Under the pieces are notes generated by a model. The model did not search any database, was not told the DNA's origin, and saw nothing but the letters and a program-made list of their open reading frames with translations. A program made the position numbers and the translations under genes. 64,000 nucleotides of DNA from an uncultured Victivallales bacterium (GTDB lineage: Bacteria; Verrucomicrobiota; Kiritimatiellia; UBA8416; CAZASC01): contig CAZASC010000001.1 of NCBI GenBank assembly GCA_964487695.1, positions 43,570-107,569 on the forward strand, written 5' to 3'. This document shows, piece after piece, positions 61,728-64,000 of this stretch. How positions within the stretch are numbered: position 1 is the first letter of the stretch; each line of letters starts with the position of its first letter.

Positions 61728-64000
61728 CTCTTGCCTTCCAGATAGGCGTTGATCCGGCCTGCAACGGATGGCGATGCGGTCTCATTCACACCTCGGTGCA
61801 TGGTTTCGAGTGCCGTCAGGACTTTCGGCCTGAGATCGTCCGCGAGGTTGTGGGCCTGTTGAAAACACGCTAGCAGCCGGATTGCTGTATTCTCATTGAT
61901 CTTCGCAAGAACCATGACCTTCCCGGCAACCCAATCAATGCCTCTGTCCGTCCACAGCATCTTGTTGTTTCCGGACATCGGCAGATAGAGTGCCCTGCTG
62001 TGGGTCGGATGTTCGATCCTGAACGAAGGATGGCGCTCCTCTTCGGCGATCATGTCGAACACGTCATCGTGAGTGCCGCATCCCACGATCTGGAGATAGC
62101 TGCTGTAAGCGCTCAAATGGTCTTTCCATAGCTCATAGCCTTCGGCGAGAAGATTCCTGCGGTCAGGATGTTCGCTGAGGTTGATGCAACTGAGCGCCGC
62201 CATTTTGTCGGTTATGTTCCATGCCCGATGAAAATGGTCAGACGCAAGTTTGTGGACTTCCGCTGTATTTGCCTCGATCAACGTGCGAAGCAGAACTGCT
62301 TTGAGTTCGCGGTCTTCAATGCCATCCTTAGGATTGACGACTGCAGCATAAGTATCAACAGCTCCAAACACTTTGACGATGTTGGCAAGATGTCGCTCCG
62401 CAACTAGCTTAAGCATCTTGATCCTGGCATTGTAGCGCTCACGATAGAAGATCATGAAACTCCGGTCCAGCGATTGCTCGTCAATTCGCAGCAAACACGC
62501 TTTCAAACCGGGCGATAGAGCCTTGTCCGCAACGATCATGCCGTAAGCATCCAGCCACTCGCTGCCGACCTCGGCCAGCGGATCACTCACTAGCTTGATC
62601 CGTTCCTCATCGGTTAATCGCCGCATTGCTTCAACTCGATTGAATTTATTCGGATCCAGCGCGATTTGATCGTGCAACTGCTTCCGTGTAGACGACTTGT
62701 CGGCAAACGAGCCGTAGAAAGAGCAATCGCGATTCAGTGACAGAAATGCCGGTTCGGAGACATCATCGAAAACCAGTTCCAGCCTTTCCCCCGTGATCTC
62801 GGCAATCGTCTTTGTTTTTGTAATGTCCAGGCCTTTCTTGTCCACTGCCGCCATCTCGAAAGGAACATGAAACAGGCCACCCTTACCCATTCGCGATTGG
62901 GTCAACGACACGAACAGCTTGCGTTGTTTATTGTCGTAATTATGCGTCGCTTCAATCCTTGGATAGCCAATTGTGTAGAGCCATTCCCGCTTGAACTGCG
63001 ATAAATCTCGTCCGCTTGCCGCCTCGAAACTCGTCAGGAACTGGTCGGTATTCGCGTTTCCGCCGGTATGCCGTTTGAAATAGAGATTCTTCGCGTTGCG
63101 AAAAGTTTCCGGTCCGACAATCAACCTCAACATCCGGATCACTTCGGCAGCCTTGACGTAAGTTACGCCGTCGACAAGTTCATCCGGATCGTTGAAACCG
63201 TCCCTCACGATATTGCCCAGATGGCCGCCATCCTCCGTCGCCAGCGGCCCGTTTACCGGCGCGCGCATTGAGTCAATCTCATCCAGACGCACTCCATCGG
63301 AATCAAACTGGCTCATCATGAACTGCCGCTCGACATCAACGGTAAAAGCCTCGTTGAGCCACATGTCGAAAGGCGTTTCCATCGTGACATCGCTTCCACA
63401 CTGGTTGTGCTCGAATTCGTGGACTATCACAGCATATGCGTATTCGAGACGACGGTCACTTGTGAACTCGTCCACCAGCGCAGCATCGGTGACAATTGTG
63501 GTGTTGCCGACATTCTCCATGCCGCCGAAATTTGATTTCTCCATGCAAATTGTGCGGTAGACCTCGCGCTGATATTCGTACTCCTGCGTCTTCCCCTGCC
63601 AGAGCGCGGATTCCTTCAGTATTCTCATGGGGACAACAACGCCGAGAGTTCTGCCGGGCGGAACAAGATATTCGAGTTTCACCCGCCTGCCCGACGGATA
63701 CACGATCTCATCTTCCAGCACATCCCATGTGCCGACGCATGCGAGAAAAAGATACGGCGCCATCGGGATGCTGTTCTCGTAAGTGACGATCTTGCGGGTT
63801 GGATCGCCGGGCTTCAACACCGGCTTGCCGTCAAGATTGGTTTTCCGACAGACGTTGCCATTCGAAATCAGATGCGTGTAGCGCGCGTCGGCTTCAATGG
63901 TTGTGACCATTGTGCATTTCGCCGTGCAGTCGTCGAAGACCGGAAGTATGCGCTGAAATCCCCATTGCTGACACTGCGACATGTATTGCTGCGGACAACC
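61724..64000 (-). CDS. pepN: M1-family aminopeptidase N; the N-terminal part lies beyond the right window edge
   Basis: HEFEHNQCG (HExxH) plus WLNEAF form the zinc site, and GGMEN is upstream. The frame stays open from 63982 to 64000, and the zinc site sits too close to the ORF start for a full-length M1 enzyme. Confidence 0.85.
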   Translation of the reverse strand, partial: GCPQQYMSQCQQWGFQRILPVFDDCTAKCTMVTTIEADARYTHLISNGNVCRKTNLDGKPVLKPGDPTRKIVTYENSIPMAPYLFLACVGTWDVLEDEIVYPSGRRVKLEYLVPPGRTLGVVVPMRILKESALWQGKTQEYEYQREVYRTICMEKSNFGGMENVGNTTIVTDAALVDEFTSDRRLEYAYAVIVHEFEHNQCGSDVTMETPFDMWLNEAFTVDVERQFMMSQFDSDGVRLDEIDSMRAPVNGPLATEDGGHLGNIVRDGFNDPDELVDGVTYVKAAEVIRMLRLIVGPETFRNAKNLYFKRHTGGNANTDQFLTSFEAASGRDLSQFKREWLYTIGYPRIEATHNYDNKQRKLFVSLTQSRMGKGGLFHVPFEMAAVDKKGLDITKTKTIAEITGERLELVFDDVSEPAFLSLNRDCSFYGSFADKSSTRKQLHDQIALDPNKFNRVEAMRRLTDEERIKLVSDPLAEVGSEWLDAYGMIVADKALSPGLKACLLRIDEQSLDRSFMIFYRERYNARIKMLKLVAERHLANIVKVFGAVDTYAAVVNPKDGIEDRELKAVLLRTLIEANTAEVHKLASDHFHRAWNITDKMAALSCINLSEHPDRRNLLAEGYELWKDHLSAYSSYLQIVGCGTHDDVFDMIAEEERHPSFRIEHPTHSRALYLPMSGNNKMLWTDRGIDWVAGKVMVLAKINENTAIRLLACFQQAHNLADDLRPKVLTALETMHRGVNETASPSVAGRINAYLEGKS

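Overview
This is a 64-kb chromosomal segment from a bacterium with moderate GC content. The gene content suggests a member of the PVC superphylum (Verrucomicrobiota, Kiritimatiellota or Lentisphaerota type), by inference only: a ~740-aa long-form GreA, tandem FGE/SUMF1-domain lipoproteins, a GH44-like hydrolase with TSP3-like repeats, and GspE/PilB ATPases. I can support about 58 protein-coding genes, two of them cut by the window edges, and two tRNAs (Leu-CAA and Lys-UUU). I saw no rRNA, CRISPR array, transposase or prophage. Most of the window is core: trpS-scpA-scpB-chorismate mutase-hisC-tyrA-cmk-infA; argJ-argB-argD-argG-thiD; rpsB-tsf; fusA; rnc; xerD; folC; mtnP; and pepN. The parts worth a second look are:
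1. A radical-SAM gene translationally coupled to a DUF116::polyprenyl-synthase fusion (18.2-21.1 kb).
2. A KamA-type aminomutase, an ATP-grasp ligase and an ATP-grasp::GNAT fusion (55.4-61.2 kb), interrupted by a vapBC module and a ~40% GC orphan gene pair.
3. Two intact tandem GspE/PilB ATPases, one PilC/GspF platform protein and a sigma-54 enhancer-binding response regulator, with no pilins or secretin (7.3-13.6 kb). A sugar-modification cassette sits directly upstream.
4. Heptanucleotide tandem-repeat elements, one kept in frame inside thiD and one at the argG/thiD junction.
5. An operon encoding a secreted PA14/SGNH-like protein, a GT-C-like membrane protein and a coiled-coil anchor.
All functional calls rest on motif-level recognition of the translated ORFs. 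No database search was run.
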